A stretch of 54,185 nt of DNA, taken from assembly GCA_944387395.1 (NCBI GenBank), contig CALXEU010000066.1, positions 1 to 54,185 on the forward strand, given 5' to 3'. Position numbers and translations under genes: made by a program. The notes under the pieces were generated by a model. It was given only the letters and a program-made list of their open reading frames with translations. It was not told where the DNA came from and ran no database searches. Origin of the DNA: an uncultured Clostridia bacterium (lineage in GTDB: Bacteria > Bacillota > Clostridia > TANB77 > CAG-508). Each line of letters starts with the position of its first letter. Position 1 is the first letter of the stretch. This document shows positions 1 through 11,230 of the stretch, in pieces.

Positions 1-52
1 TGTTGCAAAGCAAATTGAAAAAATTCAAAAAGAACTTGAAAAAGTTTCCTAA
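1..52 (+). CDS. 3' end of a CDS entering the window (VAKQIEKIQKELEKVS*), product unknown
   Basis: Open frame from position 2 to TAA at 50-52, coiled-coil-like, immediately followed by a strong hairpin. Confidence 0.55.
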   Translation, partial: VAKQIEKIQKELEKVS

Positions 53-55
53 AAT

Positions 56-87
56 TTAGCCCTAAAAACTAAATTTTTTAGGGCTAA
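56..87 (+). terminator. Terminator-like hairpin after the partial CDS
   Basis: 13-bp perfect inverted repeat TTAGCCCTAAAAA / TTTTTAGGGCTAA. Confidence 0.7.
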
Positions 88-201
88 TGTTTAAAAATTT
101 TTGGGACATTTTCAAAAATCATTGACATTGTTTAATTATAATAACTTTGGAAGAAATAATTTACAATATTTATCTTAATTCATTTATTATTATATTACGT
201 G

Positions 202-1815
202 TTATTCCCATTCCAATATTGGATATCCTTCATTTTTATTATTTGCATCTGCCTTAAAAGCATTATCTCCATTTACTACATCTAGTATACTTGGAAATGC
301 AGAAACGCTGTCCAATTCTTCTATTCCTGTAGAATCTCCCAACCCTACTGCTTTTTCAAAAGTACCAGCTAGATAAGCACAATTTTTAGCTGTTGAACCA
401 TAATAAATATCTCCTGCTATACTACCTATCTTTTTGTCTAAATCTGTTACAACTATATTTCCAGTATTATATACATTTTCAAAGTTTGTTTTATTATTTG
501 TAGCATTTACTCCAATTATTCCTCCTGCTCTCTTTAATAGTTCACTTTTTAATGTACCAATGTTAAAAACATTTTTAACTAATAAATCCTTCATTGTTTG
601 GCGACCAACAATTCCACCTAGCATAATTCCTACTGCGTTTCCTTCTACGGTTTTAGCATTATAACAGTTTGTTATTTCAGATGATTGCGACATTCCTATA
701 ATACCTCCAACATAGCATTCGGTATTTACATTACTATAAGCTTTTACCTCTGCCATATTATAGCAATTCTTAATATAATCAGAATCAATTTCGGTATGAC
801 CACATATTCCACCAACACTCATTACTTGATTTCCTGCATCTGCATTTATATTACCTTTATTATAACATTTATTAATATTAAGAGTTCCTTGCCCTACTAT
901 TCCTCCGCAACCAATATCTGCACCACCACCTTCTTCTTTTATATTTTTACAAGTAATATTGGCAAGATTATAGCAATTTTCAATAATTTTTCCTTCTTTC
1001 ATGACTCCACATAAACCGCCAACTGGCATCCATGAGCTTCCTGTTGCATTTATAGTACCTGATACATGGCTATTATAAATATTATTGTGTGTTTTTGATA
1101 CAATTCCTCCTATATTTACAAGATTTCCTTTAACGTTTATGTTTACATTCTCCAATCCTATATTTTTAATTTCACCATAACTTACACAAAACAATCCCGC
1201 TTGCACATCTTCCGTTGAGTCTATATTTATATATAATGAACGTATTATTTTATTATTTCCATCAAATGTACCATAAAAATTATTTCCTTCTTCATATCCT
1301 CCAATTGGCTTAAATCCTGTTCCTGTTATCAGTGCCTGTTTTAATGGACCTTCATATCCATATTCTTCATAATCCGTTCTGCTTGCATTTACATATGATT
1401 TGTCCGAATTAAAATCTAGATTTAGTCCTAGCTTTACAGTCTTTCCTTCATAGTTAGTTCCACTGGTTACATCATGTGCAAAGAATACTAAATCTTCTAT
1501 ACTATTTATTACTAAAGTATTTTCATTTTCTTGTTCTAATTCTCCTGGATTTTCATCTGTTACTTGTGGAATTTCAATATTGCCTGTGTATTCTTCTATT
1601 AACGAATCTATGGATGCCATATCTGTAAGTTCATTTTTTGTTGCTTGCTCTGTTTTTAAAGATGCTTCTTGAGCTTTTGTTATTAACCCATTAGGACCTA
1701 ACACTAAACTAATACTTACTCCTGCTAGTATCAGCAAAACAACTATCGTTACCACTAACGCAATTAATGTTATTCCGCTTATTTTGTTTTTCTTTTTCTG
1801 TTGTTTTCCTATCAT
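202..1815 (-). CDS. Type IV pilin-like N-terminus protein with GLUG-like (GGIVG) repeats; putative surface adhesin
   Basis: Basic leader then G|ITLIALVVTIVVLLILAGVSI class III-like signal; repeated GGIxG and NCYN units; SD GGGAGGA upstream. Confidence 0.75.
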   Translation of the reverse strand: MIGKQQKKKNKISGITLIALVVTIVVLLILAGVSISLVLGPNGLITKAQEASLKTEQATKNELTDMASIDSLIEEYTGNIEIPQVTDENPGELEQENENTLVINSIEDLVFFAHDVTSGTNYEGKTVKLGLNLDFNSDKSYVNASRTDYEEYGYEGPLKQALITGTGFKPIGGYEEGNNFYGTFDGNNKIIRSLYINIDSTEDVQAGLFCVSYGEIKNIGLENVNINVKGNLVNIGGIVSKTHNNIYNSHVSGTINATGSSWMPVGGLCGVMKEGKIIENCYNLANITCKNIKEEGGGADIGCGGIVGQGTLNINKCYNKGNINADAGNQVMSVGGICGHTEIDSDYIKNCYNMAEVKAYSNVNTECYVGGIIGMSQSSEITNCYNAKTVEGNAVGIMLGGIVGRQTMKDLLVKNVFNIGTLKSELLKRAGGIIGVNATNNKTNFENVYNTGNIVVTDLDKKIGSIAGDIYYGSTAKNCAYLAGTFEKAVGLGDSTGIEELDSVSAFPSILDVVNGDNAFKADANNKNEGYPILEWE

Positions 1816-1841
1816 TTTCTTCTTCCTCCCTTTTTTAACGC

Positions 1842-1879
1842 AAAAAAGACAGAAGTGTTATTTTTATAACATTTCTATC
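1842..1879 (-). terminator. Intrinsic terminator (attenuator) just upstream of the pilin-like gene
   Basis: Minus strand GATAGAAATGTTAT-AAAA-ATAACACTTCTGTC followed by TTTTTT. Confidence 0.75.
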
Positions 1880-1942
1880 TTTATTTTTCTTTTATTTATT
1901 TTTCGAAAAGTATTTTCTGAATATAGCAAATAAGCCTTAGAT

Positions 1943-2017
<75 letters not shown>

Positions 2018-2054
2018 ATTTTACTTTTCTCCTTTGCGTTTATTTTACTTTTTT

Positions 2055-2083
2055 ATTCTAACATAATAAGTTTTTATTTGCAA
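2055..2083 (-). promoter_or_regulatory. Sigma-A-type promoter for the leader/pilin transcript
   Basis: TTGCAA-17 nt-TAGAAT with TG extended -10. Confidence 0.7.
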
Positions 2084-2112
2084 CCCTTTTTTCATTTTGT
2101 ATCGAAGCAATT

Positions 2113-2151
2113 AAAAAAATAACACTCATCTACTCAAAGATAAGCGTTATT
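2113..2151 (-). terminator. Terminator of the S10-spc-secY operon
   Basis: AATAACGCTTATCT / AGATGAGTGTTATT stem followed by a U-tract, just after the secY stop. Confidence 0.8.
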
Positions 2152-2158
2152 CATTACT

Positions 2159-3481
2159 TTATTCTAGGAATCCCTTATAGTGTCTTGTAACAAGTTGAGA
2201 TTCTAATTGTTGTACTGTTTCTAGTGCAACACCTACTATAATTAGTATTGATGTTCCTCCAAATGCAATATTTAATCCTGTAAATCTTGTAAGCATAGGT
2301 ATTATAGCAATAAGTGCTAGGAATAATCCTCCTACTAATGTAAGTTTTGAAATTACAGAAGATAAATATTCTGTTGTTGGCTTTCCTGCTCTTATTCCAG
2401 GTATAAAGCCTCCATTTCTTTTAATTGTTCCAGATATTTCTGCTGGATTGAATGTTGCATATGTATAGAAATATGTAAATCCTAATATTAATAATAGGTA
2501 AACTGCTGCGTTAGCTATTGTGTATCCAATTCCTACACTTGAAGATGATGTTGCAAGTGAGAATTTGTAAATTTCTGCCCAAAATCCTGTTGCTGTGGCA
2601 ATATCTCTATTAAATATTTGAATAATCATTGCAGGGAATGTCATGAATGATGAAGCAAATATTATTGGCATAACACCTGCCATAGCAAGTTTTAATGGAA
2701 TATTTGTATTTTGTGCTCCAACCATTTTTCTTCCAACTACACGCTTTGCATATTGAACTGGTATTCTTCTTTCTGCTAGCTGTATAAATACAACTCCTGC
2801 AACTAAAATTAATATTCCAATTATTAGTGCTAGAGCTTTTATAAGACCAACAGTGCTAAATGTTCCTGTTCCAAATATTAATCCCCAAACTTCTGTAGTT
2901 CCAGATGCTAAACCTGATACTATACCTACAAATATAATAATTGAAATCCCATTTCCTATTCCTTTATTTGTAATTTGCTCACCTAACCACATAAGTATTG
3001 CAGTTCCAGCCATTAATGATATAACGGTAACTGCTCCACCTAAAAAGCTTGTATCTAGGAATAATCCTGTTCCCTTATATGATAAGAATATTCCTAATCC
3101 TTCTACTAAGGCTAAAACTATAGTTAATATTTTTGTGTATTTATTAACTCTAGTTTTTCCTTCTTCTCCACCTTCTTTTACTAATCTCTCTAAAGAAGGT
3201 ATTACCATTGATAAAAGCTGTATTACGATTGATGCTGTGATATATGGTGTTATTGACATTGCAAATATTGAAAGTCTTGAGAATGCACCTCCAGATATTG
3301 TATCAATTAATCCTGTAACACCATTTGTTGCAGCACTCATTTCTTCACCAATAGTAATTGTATCTACTCCAGGTATTGTAATGTAACAACCAAGTCTGAA
3401 TATTACTATTAATAGTAATGTATATAGTAATTTTTTTCTTACTTCAGGGGTTTTTAACGCATTTTTTATGGTTTTGAACAA
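2159..3481 (-). CDS. secY: Preprotein translocase subunit SecY
   Basis: SIFAMSITPYITASI, GIGNGISIIIF and FIPGIRAG motifs; follows rplO. Confidence 0.98.
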   Translation of the reverse strand: MFKTIKNALKTPEVRKKLLYTLLLIVIFRLGCYITIPGVDTITIGEEMSAATNGVTGLIDTISGGAFSRLSIFAMSITPYITASIVIQLLSMVIPSLERLVKEGGEEGKTRVNKYTKILTIVLALVEGLGIFLSYKGTGLFLDTSFLGGAVTVISLMAGTAILMWLGEQITNKGIGNGISIIIFVGIVSGLASGTTEVWGLIFGTGTFSTVGLIKALALIIGILILVAGVVFIQLAERRIPVQYAKRVVGRKMVGAQNTNIPLKLAMAGVMPIIFASSFMTFPAMIIQIFNRDIATATGFWAEIYKFSLATSSSSVGIGYTIANAAVYLLLILGFTYFYTYATFNPAEISGTIKRNGGFIPGIRAGKPTTEYLSSVISKLTLVGGLFLALIAIIPMLTRFTGLNIAFGGTSILIIVGVALETVQQLESQLVTRHYKGFLE

Positions 3482-3482
3482 A

Positions 3483-3917
3483 TTACATCACCTCTGTCTT
3501 TCCACCTAAAGCTTCAATAGCTTCTTTTGCTGACTTTGTGAATCTAACAGCAGTTACATTAACTTTCTTGTTTAATTTTCCAGTTCCAAGAACTACGATT
3601 CCATCATTTATTTTTTTAATTATTCCGTCATCTACTAAGCTTTGTGCTGTTACGTTTTCAGATTTTGATTTTGATAACATTGTTAATGTTACTTCTGTGT
3701 ATTTTAATGCGTGGATATTTGTAAATCCTCTTTTTGGTAATCTTCTATATAATGGTGTTTGACCACCTTCGAATCCACGTCTTACTCCACCACCTGATCT
3801 TGCTTTTTGACCTTTATGTCCTCTACCAGATGTTTTTCCAAGACCTGAACCAACTCCGCGTCCTACTCTAGTTCTTGTAGTATTTTTTTGTGCTGGTTTT
3901 AATTCATCTAATTTCAT
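3483..3917 (-). CDS. rplO: 50S ribosomal protein L15
   Basis: [22 protein letters not shown] and [17 protein letters not shown]. Confidence 0.98.
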   Translation of the reverse strand: MKLDELKPAQKNTTRTRVGRGVGSGLGKTSGRGHKGQKARSGGGVRRGFEGGQTPLYRRLPKRGFTNIHALKYTEVTLTMLSKSKSENVTAQSLVDDGIIKKINDGIVVLGTGKLNKKVNVTAVRFTKSAKEAIEALGGKTEVM

Positions 3918-3975
3918 TTCGTGACTACACCTCCTAATATATTAATTAATTTTAAAAAATTTTATTTCTTAATAA

Positions 3976-4467
3976 TTATAGTATTTCTTCAACTTTTTTG
4001 CCTCTTTTTTGAGCAACAGATTCAGCTGTTTGCATATTTTTAAGGCCTTCTATTGTAGCATATACAACATTTCTAGGATTATTTGTTCCAATTATTTTTG
4101 TTCTTATGTCTCTATATCCAGCAAGTTCTAGAACAGGTCTAACACTTCCACCTGCTATAATTCCAGTACCTTCTCCAGCTGGTTTTAACATAACACTTGC
4201 ACTTCCAAATTTTCCTATAATTTCATGTGGTATAGTTGTGTCTACTATTGAAACTTCAATTAAATTCTTCTTTGCGTCTTGAATTGCTTTCTTTATAGCA
4301 TCTGGAACTTCTGCTGCTTTTCCATTTCCAACACCTACGTGTCCAGCTCCGTCTCCAACAACAACTACAGCACTAAATCTAAAGTTTCTTCCACCTTTAA
4401 CAACTTTAGCAACTCTGTTTATTGCTACTACTTTCTCTTTTAATTCTGTAGAATTTTCTTCTTGCAC
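3976..4467 (-). CDS. rpsE: 30S ribosomal protein S5
   Basis: [21 protein letters not shown] start with SD AGGAGG. Confidence 0.98.
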   Translation of the reverse strand: MQEENSTELKEKVVAINRVAKVVKGGRNFRFSAVVVVGDGAGHVGVGNGKAAEVPDAIKKAIQDAKKNLIEVSIVDTTIPHEIIGKFGSASVMLKPAGEGTGIIAGGSVRPVLELAGYRDIRTKIIGTNNPRNVVYATIEGLKNMQTAESVAQKRGKKVEEIL

Positions 4468-4522
4468 TATTTTTCCCTCCTAACTTAGATGTTTATAACT
4501 TTTAGTTATTTTTTATTTTATA

Positions 4523-4882
4523 TTAGAATTCTAATCCTGCTTCTCTTGCAGCCTCTGCTAAAGCTTTTACAACTCCATGATATAAATATCCAGATCTATC
4601 GAAAACAACTGTTGTTATTTTCTTATCCTTTGCTTTTTTAGCAATTAAAGCTCCTAGTTCTTTTGCTGCAGCAACATTTGCATGCTTTTCTTTTACTTCT
4701 TTATCTAAAGTAGATGCATAAACAAGAGTTGTTGCATTTACATCATCTATTATTTGAACAAATAGATTCTTGTTGCTTCTATATACACATAGTCTTGGAC
4801 GCTCTTGTGTTCCATTTACTTTTGTACGAACACGCACATGTCTTCTTTCTCTTTCCATTTTTCTGTTTATTTTTCCAACCAT
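4523..4882 (-). CDS. rplR: 50S ribosomal protein L18
   Basis: [30 protein letters not shown]. Confidence 0.98.
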   Translation of the reverse strand: MVGKINRKMERERRHVRVRTKVNGTQERPRLCVYRSNKNLFVQIIDDVNATTLVYASTLDKEVKEKHANVAAAKELGALIAKKAKDKKITTVVFDRSGYLYHGVVKALAEAAREAGLEF

Positions 4883-4947
4883 TTCTTACTCCTTTCTAAT
4901 CAATGTAACAGCATTGATTTTAGTAATTTTTAGTCTTTTATTTTAGA

Positions 4948-5487
4948 TTATTTCTTACCAGTTTTTCCTTCTTTACGTCTGATATGTTCTGTTGCATATT
5001 TTATACCTTTCCCTCTATAAACTTCAGGTGGTCTCTTTGATCTAACTTGATTTGCAACTTCTCCAACTTGCTCTTTGTCTATTCCTCTAACTGTAATATG
5101 GTTTGCATCTACTAAATCAAATGAAATTCCAGCAGGTGGTTCCATTTCTACTGTATGAGAATATCCTAAATTCATTACAAGTTTATTTCCTTGTTTTTGA
5201 GCTCTATATCCAACTCCATTTATTTCTAGTTCAACTTTGAATTCATTAACAACACCTTCAACCATATTATGTATTAATGCTCTAGTTGTTCCGTGTAAGC
5301 TTTTATTTAAATTTGTATCATCAGGTCTTGAAACTTTTATCTCATTTCCATCTAATTCAACTTTAATATTTGGATGAATATCTCTTTCAAGACTTCCCTT
5401 AGGTCCTTTTACAGTAATGTGTTGTCCATCAATTTTTACTTCAACTCCAGCAGGTACTGCAACAGGCTTATTTCCTATTCTTGACAT
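4948..5487 (-). CDS. rplF: 50S ribosomal protein L6 (start at MSRIG, 5487)
   Basis: MSRIGNKP...RPPEVYRGKGIKY; SD AAGGAGG before the ATG at 5487. Confidence 0.97.
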   Translation of the reverse strand: MSRIGNKPVAVPAGVEVKIDGQHITVKGPKGSLERDIHPNIKVELDGNEIKVSRPDDTNLNKSLHGTTRALIHNMVEGVVNEFKVELEINGVGYRAQKQGNKLVMNLGYSHTVEMEPPAGISFDLVDANHITVRGIDKEQVGEVANQVRSKRPPEVYRGKGIKYATEHIRRKEGKTGKK

Positions 5488-5552
5488 TTTGGTTTTTCCT
5501 CCTTTTACATAATTGTTTCGGTTTTTAAGTAACACTTTTGCCTATATTTAGA

Positions 5553-5954
5553 TTACCATACATAAGCTAAAACTTCTCCACCTAATCCTAAATTACGAGC
5601 TTCTTTGTCTGTCATTATTCCCTTAGATGTTGAAATTAGTGCTATTCCTAATCCATTTAATACTTTTGGTAATTCATCTTTAGATGCATAAACTCTTAAG
5701 CCTGGTTTGCTTATTCTTTTTAATCCATCTATAACTTTTTTACCTTTTTCTGTATATTTTAGTGTAATTCTTATAACACCTTGATTATTTTCTTCCTTTA
5801 TTTCTTCAAAAGACTTTATATATCCCTCTTTAAATAGAATCTCTGCTATAGCAAGTTTCATATTTGAAGATGGTATGTCAACAGTTTTATGCTTTGAGCT
5901 GTTAGCGTTTCTGATTCTTGTTAGCATATCTGCTATTGGGTCTGTAGTTATCAT
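5553..5954 (-). CDS. rpsH: 30S ribosomal protein S8
   Basis: [31 protein letters not shown]. Confidence 0.98.
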   Translation of the reverse strand: MITTDPIADMLTRIRNANSSKHKTVDIPSSNMKLAIAEILFKEGYIKSFEEIKEENNQGVIRITLKYTEKGKKVIDGLKRISKPGLRVYASKDELPKVLNGLGIALISTSKGIMTDKEARNLGLGGEVLAYVW

Positions 5955-6103
5955 TCTTGTTTTTCCCTCCTTCTTTCAAATTATTAATCCCCTAGCGTTT
6001 TTTTAATGATTTTATAATTTTTTTGCTTGGTTCTAAATAATTTATATATTTAATTAAACTTTCAGATATATATAATTTAATAATCCGTTGGTTAATTTAT
6101 ATT

Positions 6104-6289
6104 TTACCAGCTTGCTTTTTTTATTCCTGGAATTTCTCCATTATGAGCTAATTTTCTGAAGCATTCACGGCAAACTCCATATTTTCTAATATATGCGTGT
6201 GGACGTCCACAAAGTTTACATCTGTTATATTCTCTTGTTTGATATTTTTGTGGTCTTGCTTGCTTTACTTTTAAAGATTTCTTAGCCAT
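6104..6289 (-). CDS. rpsZ: 30S ribosomal protein S14, zinc-binding type Z
   Basis: 61 aa with CKLC and CREC, ending ASW. Confidence 0.97.
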   Translation of the reverse strand: MAKKSLKVKQARPQKYQTREYNRCKLCGRPHAYIRKYGVCRECFRKLAHNGEIPGIKKASW

Positions 6290-6423
6290 TTTTTCTCCTT
6301 TCTTTATATCAATTTGATATTATAAAATTAATTAGAATTAAATTCTGCTATAAAAGTAAGCAAAAAGTTTATTATTGCACTTTTTACCATGTAAAAACTT
6401 TTATTGCAACCTGACGGTTATAA

Positions 6424-6963
6424 TTAATTCTTAAATGGCATTCCTAGTAATTTTAGTAACTCTTTTGCTTCTTCGTCTGTCTTAGCAGTTGTTACAAATA
6501 TTATGTCCATTCCTCTTACTTTGTCTACTTTTTCATATTCTATTTCTGGGAATATAACTTGTTCTCTAACTCCCATTGAATAATTTCCTCTACCATCAAA
6601 TGAATTTGCTGGTACACCTCTAAAATCTCTTACTCTTGGAAGAGCAATGTTAAATAATTTTTCTGCAAAGTCATACATCTTATCTTTTCTTAATGTAACT
6701 TTACATCCAATTGGTACACCTGCTCTTAGCTTGAATGCAGCTATAGCCTTTTTAGATTTTGTTGTAATTGGTTTTTGACCAGTTATTTGTGTCAATTCCT
6801 TTATAGCATTTTCAAGTTCCTTAGGATTTTCCTTTGTATCTCCTAATCCTATATTAATAACTATTTTGTCTAGTTTAGGAACTTCCATTATTGATTTATA
6901 ATTAAATTTTTTCATTAATGCTGGTACTACTTCTTTTTCATATTGTTCTTTTAAAATTTCCAT
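6424..6963 (-). CDS. rplE: 50S ribosomal protein L5
   Basis: [23 protein letters not shown]. Confidence 0.98.
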   Translation of the reverse strand: MEILKEQYEKEVVPALMKKFNYKSIMEVPKLDKIVINIGLGDTKENPKELENAIKELTQITGQKPITTKSKKAIAAFKLRAGVPIGCKVTLRKDKMYDFAEKLFNIALPRVRDFRGVPANSFDGRGNYSMGVREQVIFPEIEYEKVDKVRGMDIIFVTTAKTDEEAKELLKLLGMPFKN

Positions 6964-6990
6964 AAGTCTATATAGACCTCCTTCCCTTGA

Positions 6991-7299
6991 TTATTTTATT
7001 TTTGCGTTACATTTTTTACATACACGAACTTTTTCATCTTTTTCAACTGTATAACCAATTCTTGTTGCTTTTCCGCATTTAGGGCAAACAACTGCAAGTT
7101 TGCTTGCATGTATTGCAACTTCTGATGGAATTATTCCACCTTCGTCTCCTTGTTTTCTTGGCTTAACGCTTTTCTTTCTTATATTTATACCTTTAACAAT
7201 TACTTTCTCTGTTTTTGGTAATACTTCTAGAACTTCTCCAGTTTTTCCTTTATCATTTCCTGATAAAACTTTAACTGTGTCACCTTTTCTGATTTTCAT
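6991..7299 (-). CDS. rplX: 50S ribosomal protein L24
   Basis: KGDTVKVLSGNDKGKTG KOW motif; position in operon. Confidence 0.97.
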   Translation of the reverse strand: MKIRKGDTVKVLSGNDKGKTGEVLEVLPKTEKVIVKGINIRKKSVKPRKQGDEGGIIPSEVAIHASKLAVVCPKCGKATRIGYTVEKDEKVRVCKKCNAKIK

Positions 7300-7361
7300 T
7301 TAATACTTTCACCTCACTACTTTATTATTCTATGAACCCTTTCATATTTACCTTCTGTACA

Positions 7362-7730
7362 TTATAGTACTTCTGGAGCAAGAGATAAAATTTTCATATA
7401 ATCCTTTTCTCTTAATTCTCTAGCAACTGGTCCAAATATACGAGTTCCCTTTGGTGTTCCATCTTCTCTTATAATTACTGCTGCATTTTCGTCGAATCTT
7501 AAATATGATCCATCTGCTCTTCTAATAGGTTTCTTTGTTCTAACAACAACTGCTTTAACAACTTCTCCTTTTTTTACAACGCCACCAGGTGTTGCAGTTT
7601 TAACAGAAGCAACTATTATATCTCCGACTCTAGCATATTTTCTATATGAACCACCTAGAGCTCTGATGCACATAATTTCTTTTGCACCTGTATTATCAGC
7701 TACTTTTAATATAGTTTGTTGCTGTACCAT
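7362..7730 (-). CDS. rplN: 50S ribosomal protein L14
   Basis: [28 protein letters not shown]. Confidence 0.98.
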   Translation of the reverse strand: MVQQQTILKVADNTGAKEIMCIRALGGSYRKYARVGDIIVASVKTATPGGVVKKGEVVKAVVVRTKKPIRRADGSYLRFDENAAVIIREDGTPKGTRIFGPVARELREKDYMKILSLAPEVL

Positions 7731-7781
7731 TGTTCTTGGTTCCTCCTTATTTTAATTTATTAACTTTTATTTATATAGAAA

Positions 7782-8045
7782 TTATTTAATAATTGCTTTT
7801 TCTACGATTTCTACTACTCTCCATCTTTTGTCTTTAGATAGAGGTCTTGTTTCCATAACTTTAACTTTATCGCCAATTTTACATGCATTTTCTTCGTCAT
7901 GAGCTTTTAGTTTATAAGTCTTCTTCTTTATTTTACCGTATGTTTTATCCATTTCTCTCTGTTCAACAGATACAACTACTGTTTTATCCATTTTATCAGA
8001 TGTAACAATGCCAATCATTGTTTTACGAAGATTTCTTTCTTCCAT
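7782..8045 (-). CDS. rpsQ: 30S ribosomal protein S17
   Basis: [10 protein letters not shown] and [11 protein letters not shown]. Confidence 0.98.
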   Translation of the reverse strand: MEERNLRKTMIGIVTSDKMDKTVVVSVEQREMDKTYGKIKKKTYKLKAHDEENACKIGDKVKVMETRPLSKDKRWRVVEIVEKAIIK

Positions 8046-8103
8046 TTTAATCTCCTTTCTTTATTTCAAGGTATTAAACCTTTTTACGATTACTCATAAT
8101 AAA

Positions 8104-8394
8104 CTATTCTGCTACTTTTTTTGTTGCTCTTTTTGTAGCTTTCTTTTTTGTTTCAGTCTCAGCCTTTGTTTCTTCTTTTTTTGTTGGGGCTTTAACTTCT
8201 TCTCCTGTTAGCTCTCTTTGAGTTAATACAGTTTTTATTTTTGCAATGTCTTTCTTAACTTCCTTTATTTTCATAGGATTGTCTAATCCATTTGTTGCTA
8301 AGCTGAATCTTAGTTTGAATAGTTCAGATTTTAACTCTCCTAATTCTTTTTGTAAGTCTGGTGAAGACATTTCTCTTATTTTATTTATCTTCAT
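8104..8394 (-). CDS. rpmC: 50S ribosomal protein L29 with K/E/T-rich C-terminal extension
   Basis: [10 protein letters not shown]...[11 protein letters not shown] core; position between rplP and rpsQ. Confidence 0.95.
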   Translation of the reverse strand: MKINKIREMSSPDLQKELGELKSELFKLRFSLATNGLDNPMKIKEVKKDIAKIKTVLTQRELTGEEVKAPTKKEETKAETETKKKATKRATKKVAE

Positions 8395-8824
8395 CTAATT
8401 CACCACCTAATTCAGTTTCCTTTTTAACAAATTTACATTTAACAGATAATTTGTTGGCAGCAAGTCTTAAAGCTTCTCTTGCAACATCTTCTGTTACATC
8501 ATCAAGCTCAAATAACATTCTTCCTGGTTTTACTAAAGCAACCCAGTATTCTACAGAACCTTTACCTTTACCCATACGAGTATCAGCTGGTTTTTTTGTT
8601 ATTGGCTTATCTGGGAAGATTTTTATCCAAACCTTTCCACCTCTTTTTATATATCTTGTCATAGCAACACGGGCAGCTTCAATTTGATTTGAAGTTATTT
8701 GTCCTAACTCTAATGCTTGTAATCCATATATACCATCTGTTATAACATTTCCTCTTGTTGCTTTTCCTCTATTTCTACCTTTTTGTTGTTTTCTGTATTT
8801 TGTTCTTTTTGGCATTAATGGCAT
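8381..8824 (-). CDS. rplP: 50S ribosomal protein L16
   Basis: [22 protein letters not shown]. Confidence 0.98.
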   Translation of the reverse strand: MPLMPKRTKYRKQQKGRNRGKATRGNVITDGIYGLQALELGQITSNQIEAARVAMTRYIKRGGKVWIKIFPDKPITKKPADTRMGKGKGSVEYWVALVKPGRMLFELDDVTEDVAREALRLAANKLSVKCKFVKKETELGGELDEDK

Positions 8825-9486
8825 TATTTATCTCCTCCTTCCACTTGCTCTTTTTTAGCTGGAAGAACTTCTCCTTTATATATCCAAACTTTAACTCCAA
8901 CTTTTCCATATGTTGTATTTGCTTCTGCAAATCCATATTCTATGTTAGCTCTTAATGTTTGAAGTGGTATTGTACCTTCTTTATAAAATTCTGTTCTTGC
9001 CATATCAGCACCGCCTAAACGTCCTGAACATGATGCTTTAATTCCTAAAGCTCCCATTTTCATTGTTTTTTGCATGCATTGTTTCATTGCACGTCTGAAA
9101 GAGATTCTTCTTTCTAGTTGTCCTGCAATATTTTCTGCTACTAGTTGTGCATCTAAATCTGGGCTTTTAACCTCAACTATATTTAGATTTACATCCTTTC
9201 CTATCATTTTATGTAGCTCTTCTTTTAAGCTTTCAGCTAAATTTCCGCCTTTTCCTATTACTAAGCCAGGCTTTGCTGTGTATACGTTAACTTTAACAAA
9301 TTTAGCAGTTCTCTCAATTTCAACTTTTGAAATTCCACTAATATATAGCTTTTTCTTAACATATTCACGGATTTTATGGTCTTCAATTAGGTAATCTGCA
9401 AAATGTTTAGAATCTGCATACCATTTTGAATTCCATTCTTTTATGATTCCAACTCTTAGTCCGTTTGGATTCACTTTTTGTCCCAT
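8824..9486 (-). CDS. rpsC: 30S ribosomal protein S3
   Basis: [30 protein letters not shown]. Confidence 0.98.
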   Translation of the reverse strand: MGQKVNPNGLRVGIIKEWNSKWYADSKHFADYLIEDHKIREYVKKKLYISGISKVEIERTAKFVKVNVYTAKPGLVIGKGGNLAESLKEELHKMIGKDVNLNIVEVKSPDLDAQLVAENIAGQLERRISFRRAMKQCMQKTMKMGALGIKASCSGRLGGADMARTEFYKEGTIPLQTLRANIEYGFAEANTTYGKVGVKVWIYKGEVLPAKKEQVEGGDK

Positions 9487-9508
9487 TTTTCTATTATCCT
9501 CCTTTAAA

Positions 9509-9883
9509 TTAGTCTCTCTCTTTTAGAACTATAGTTATATGACTTGTTCTCTTTCTAATTCTAACAGCTGAACCTTTTGCAGCTGGTCTTATTCTTCTTA
9601 GTGTAGGTCCTTGGTTTGCATAGATTTCTGCAACATATAATTTGCTACTATTCATTCCGTGGTTATTTTCTGCATTTGCGATTGCTGATTTTAATAGTTT
9701 TTCTATTATTTCAGATGATGCTTTTGGTGTGAACTTTACTATTGCTAAAGCATCTTGTGCATTTTTTCCTTTTATCAAGTCTGCTACGATTTTTACTTTT
9801 CTGCTTGATATTCTAGCATATTTTAAAGTAGCTACTGCCTTCTTCTCCTCTACTTCTTGTAGTTGTTCTTGCTTTTCTGCCAC
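9509..9883 (-). CDS. rplV: 50S ribosomal protein L22 (GTG start at 9883)
   Basis: [12 protein letters not shown] and [18 protein letters not shown] before the GTG. Confidence 0.95.
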   Translation of the reverse strand: MAEKQEQLQEVEEKKAVATLKYARISSRKVKIVADLIKGKNAQDALAIVKFTPKASSEIIEKLLKSAIANAENNHGMNSSKLYVAEIYANQGPTLRRIRPAAKGSAVRIRKRTSHITIVLKERD

Positions 9884-10004
9884 TTTATTTCCCTCCTTTA
9901 TATATTTGTTGATTTTTAACTTTGCTAGGTACACAAATTTAAAATTTACTGTGTGTATTTCACATCAATTAAATTTTAAATTAGTGTTACATTGCAAATT
10001 CTCA

Positions 10005-10283
10005 TTATTTTGTTGTAGTTGTTTTATCTCCTGAATGTCCTTTAAAAGTTCTTGTTGGAGCAAATTCACCTAATTTATGTCCTATCATTTCTTCAGTAAT
10101 ATATACTGGAACATGTTTTCTTCCATCGTGAACAGCTATTGTGTGTCCAACCATTTGTGGATATATTGTTGAAGCTCTTGACCATGTCTTTAAAACTTCT
10201 TTTTTTCCACTTTCGTTCATTGCTTCAATTCTTTTTAAAAGTTCTGGAGCAACAAATGGTTTCTTTTTACTTGATCTTGACAT
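10005..10283 (-). CDS. rpsS: 30S ribosomal protein S19
   Basis: KTWSRASTI and [11 protein letters not shown]. Confidence 0.98.
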   Translation of the reverse strand: MSRSSKKKPFVAPELLKRIEAMNESGKKEVLKTWSRASTIYPQMVGHTIAVHDGRKHVPVYITEEMIGHKLGEFAPTRTFKGHSGDKTTTTK

Positions 10284-10286
10284 ATT

Positions 10287-11111
10287 CTATTTCCTCCTCT
10301 TAGCAATAAATTTATCAGTTCTACTATTTTTTCTTGTTTTGTATCCAAGTGCTGGTTTACCCCAAGGTGTCATTGGTCCTGCGTGTCCTACTGGAGCTTT
10401 TCCTTCACCACCACCATGAGGGTGATCTACTGGGTTCATTGCAGATCCTCTAACTTCTGGACGTTTACCTAAATGTCTTGTTTTTCCAGCTTTTCCTAAT
10501 TTAACATTTTCTTGTTCTGCATTTCCTACTGTTCCTATTGTAGCTTTGCAGTTTAACATTATTAATCTCATTTCTCCAGAAGGAAGTCTTAAGTTTGCGA
10601 AGTTTCCTTCCTTAGCCATAAGTTGTGCTTCTTGACCTGCACTTCTTACTAATTTTCCTCCTTGACCTGGATTAATCTCTATGTTGTGTACCATTGTACC
10701 AACTGGTATGTCTGATAATTTTTTGCAGTTTCCTGGCTTAATGTCTGCTTTTTCTCCAGACATAACCATATCACCATCTTTTAATCCTACAGGTGCTAAT
10801 ATATAGCTTAATGTTCCATCTTCATATTTAATTAATGCTATATTTGCTGTTCTGTTTGGATCATATTCTATGCCTATTACTGTTGCAGGCATATCATCCT
10901 TTTTACGTTTAAAATCTACTATTCTATATTTTTGTCTATTTCCTCCACCTTGGTGACGAACTGTTATTTTACCATAACTGTTTCTTCCTGATTTTTTTCT
11001 TTTTACAGTTAATAGTGATTTTTCAGGAGTCTTCTTTGTTACTTCTGCAAAATCAGATACAGTCATATTTCTAAGTGATGGAGTAACTGGATTAAATTTT
11101 TTTGTTGCCAT
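10287..11111 (-). CDS. rplB: 50S ribosomal protein L2
   Basis: [13 protein letters not shown] and [13 protein letters not shown]. Confidence 0.98.
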   Translation of the reverse strand: MATKKFNPVTPSLRNMTVSDFAEVTKKTPEKSLLTVKRKKSGRNSYGKITVRHQGGGNRQKYRIVDFKRKKDDMPATVIGIEYDPNRTANIALIKYEDGTLSYILAPVGLKDGDMVMSGEKADIKPGNCKKLSDIPVGTMVHNIEINPGQGGKLVRSAGQEAQLMAKEGNFANLRLPSGEMRLIMLNCKATIGTVGNAEQENVKLGKAGKTRHLGKRPEVRGSAMNPVDHPHGGGEGKAPVGHAGPMTPWGKPALGYKTRKNSRTDKFIAKRRK

Positions 11112-11230
11112 TTTATTTCATTCTCCTTAATTAATAATATAAATTTTTCGGATTTTTTCCTGTTCCGTTACAGTTATTCTTTATTATCCGAGTATTTTCT
11201 CGATAATTTAATATTTCTAAATTTATATAA

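Noticed and set aside
122..142. TTGACA and TATAAT hexamers as an antisense promoter into the pilin-like gene
   Set aside because: The spacer is only 9 nt
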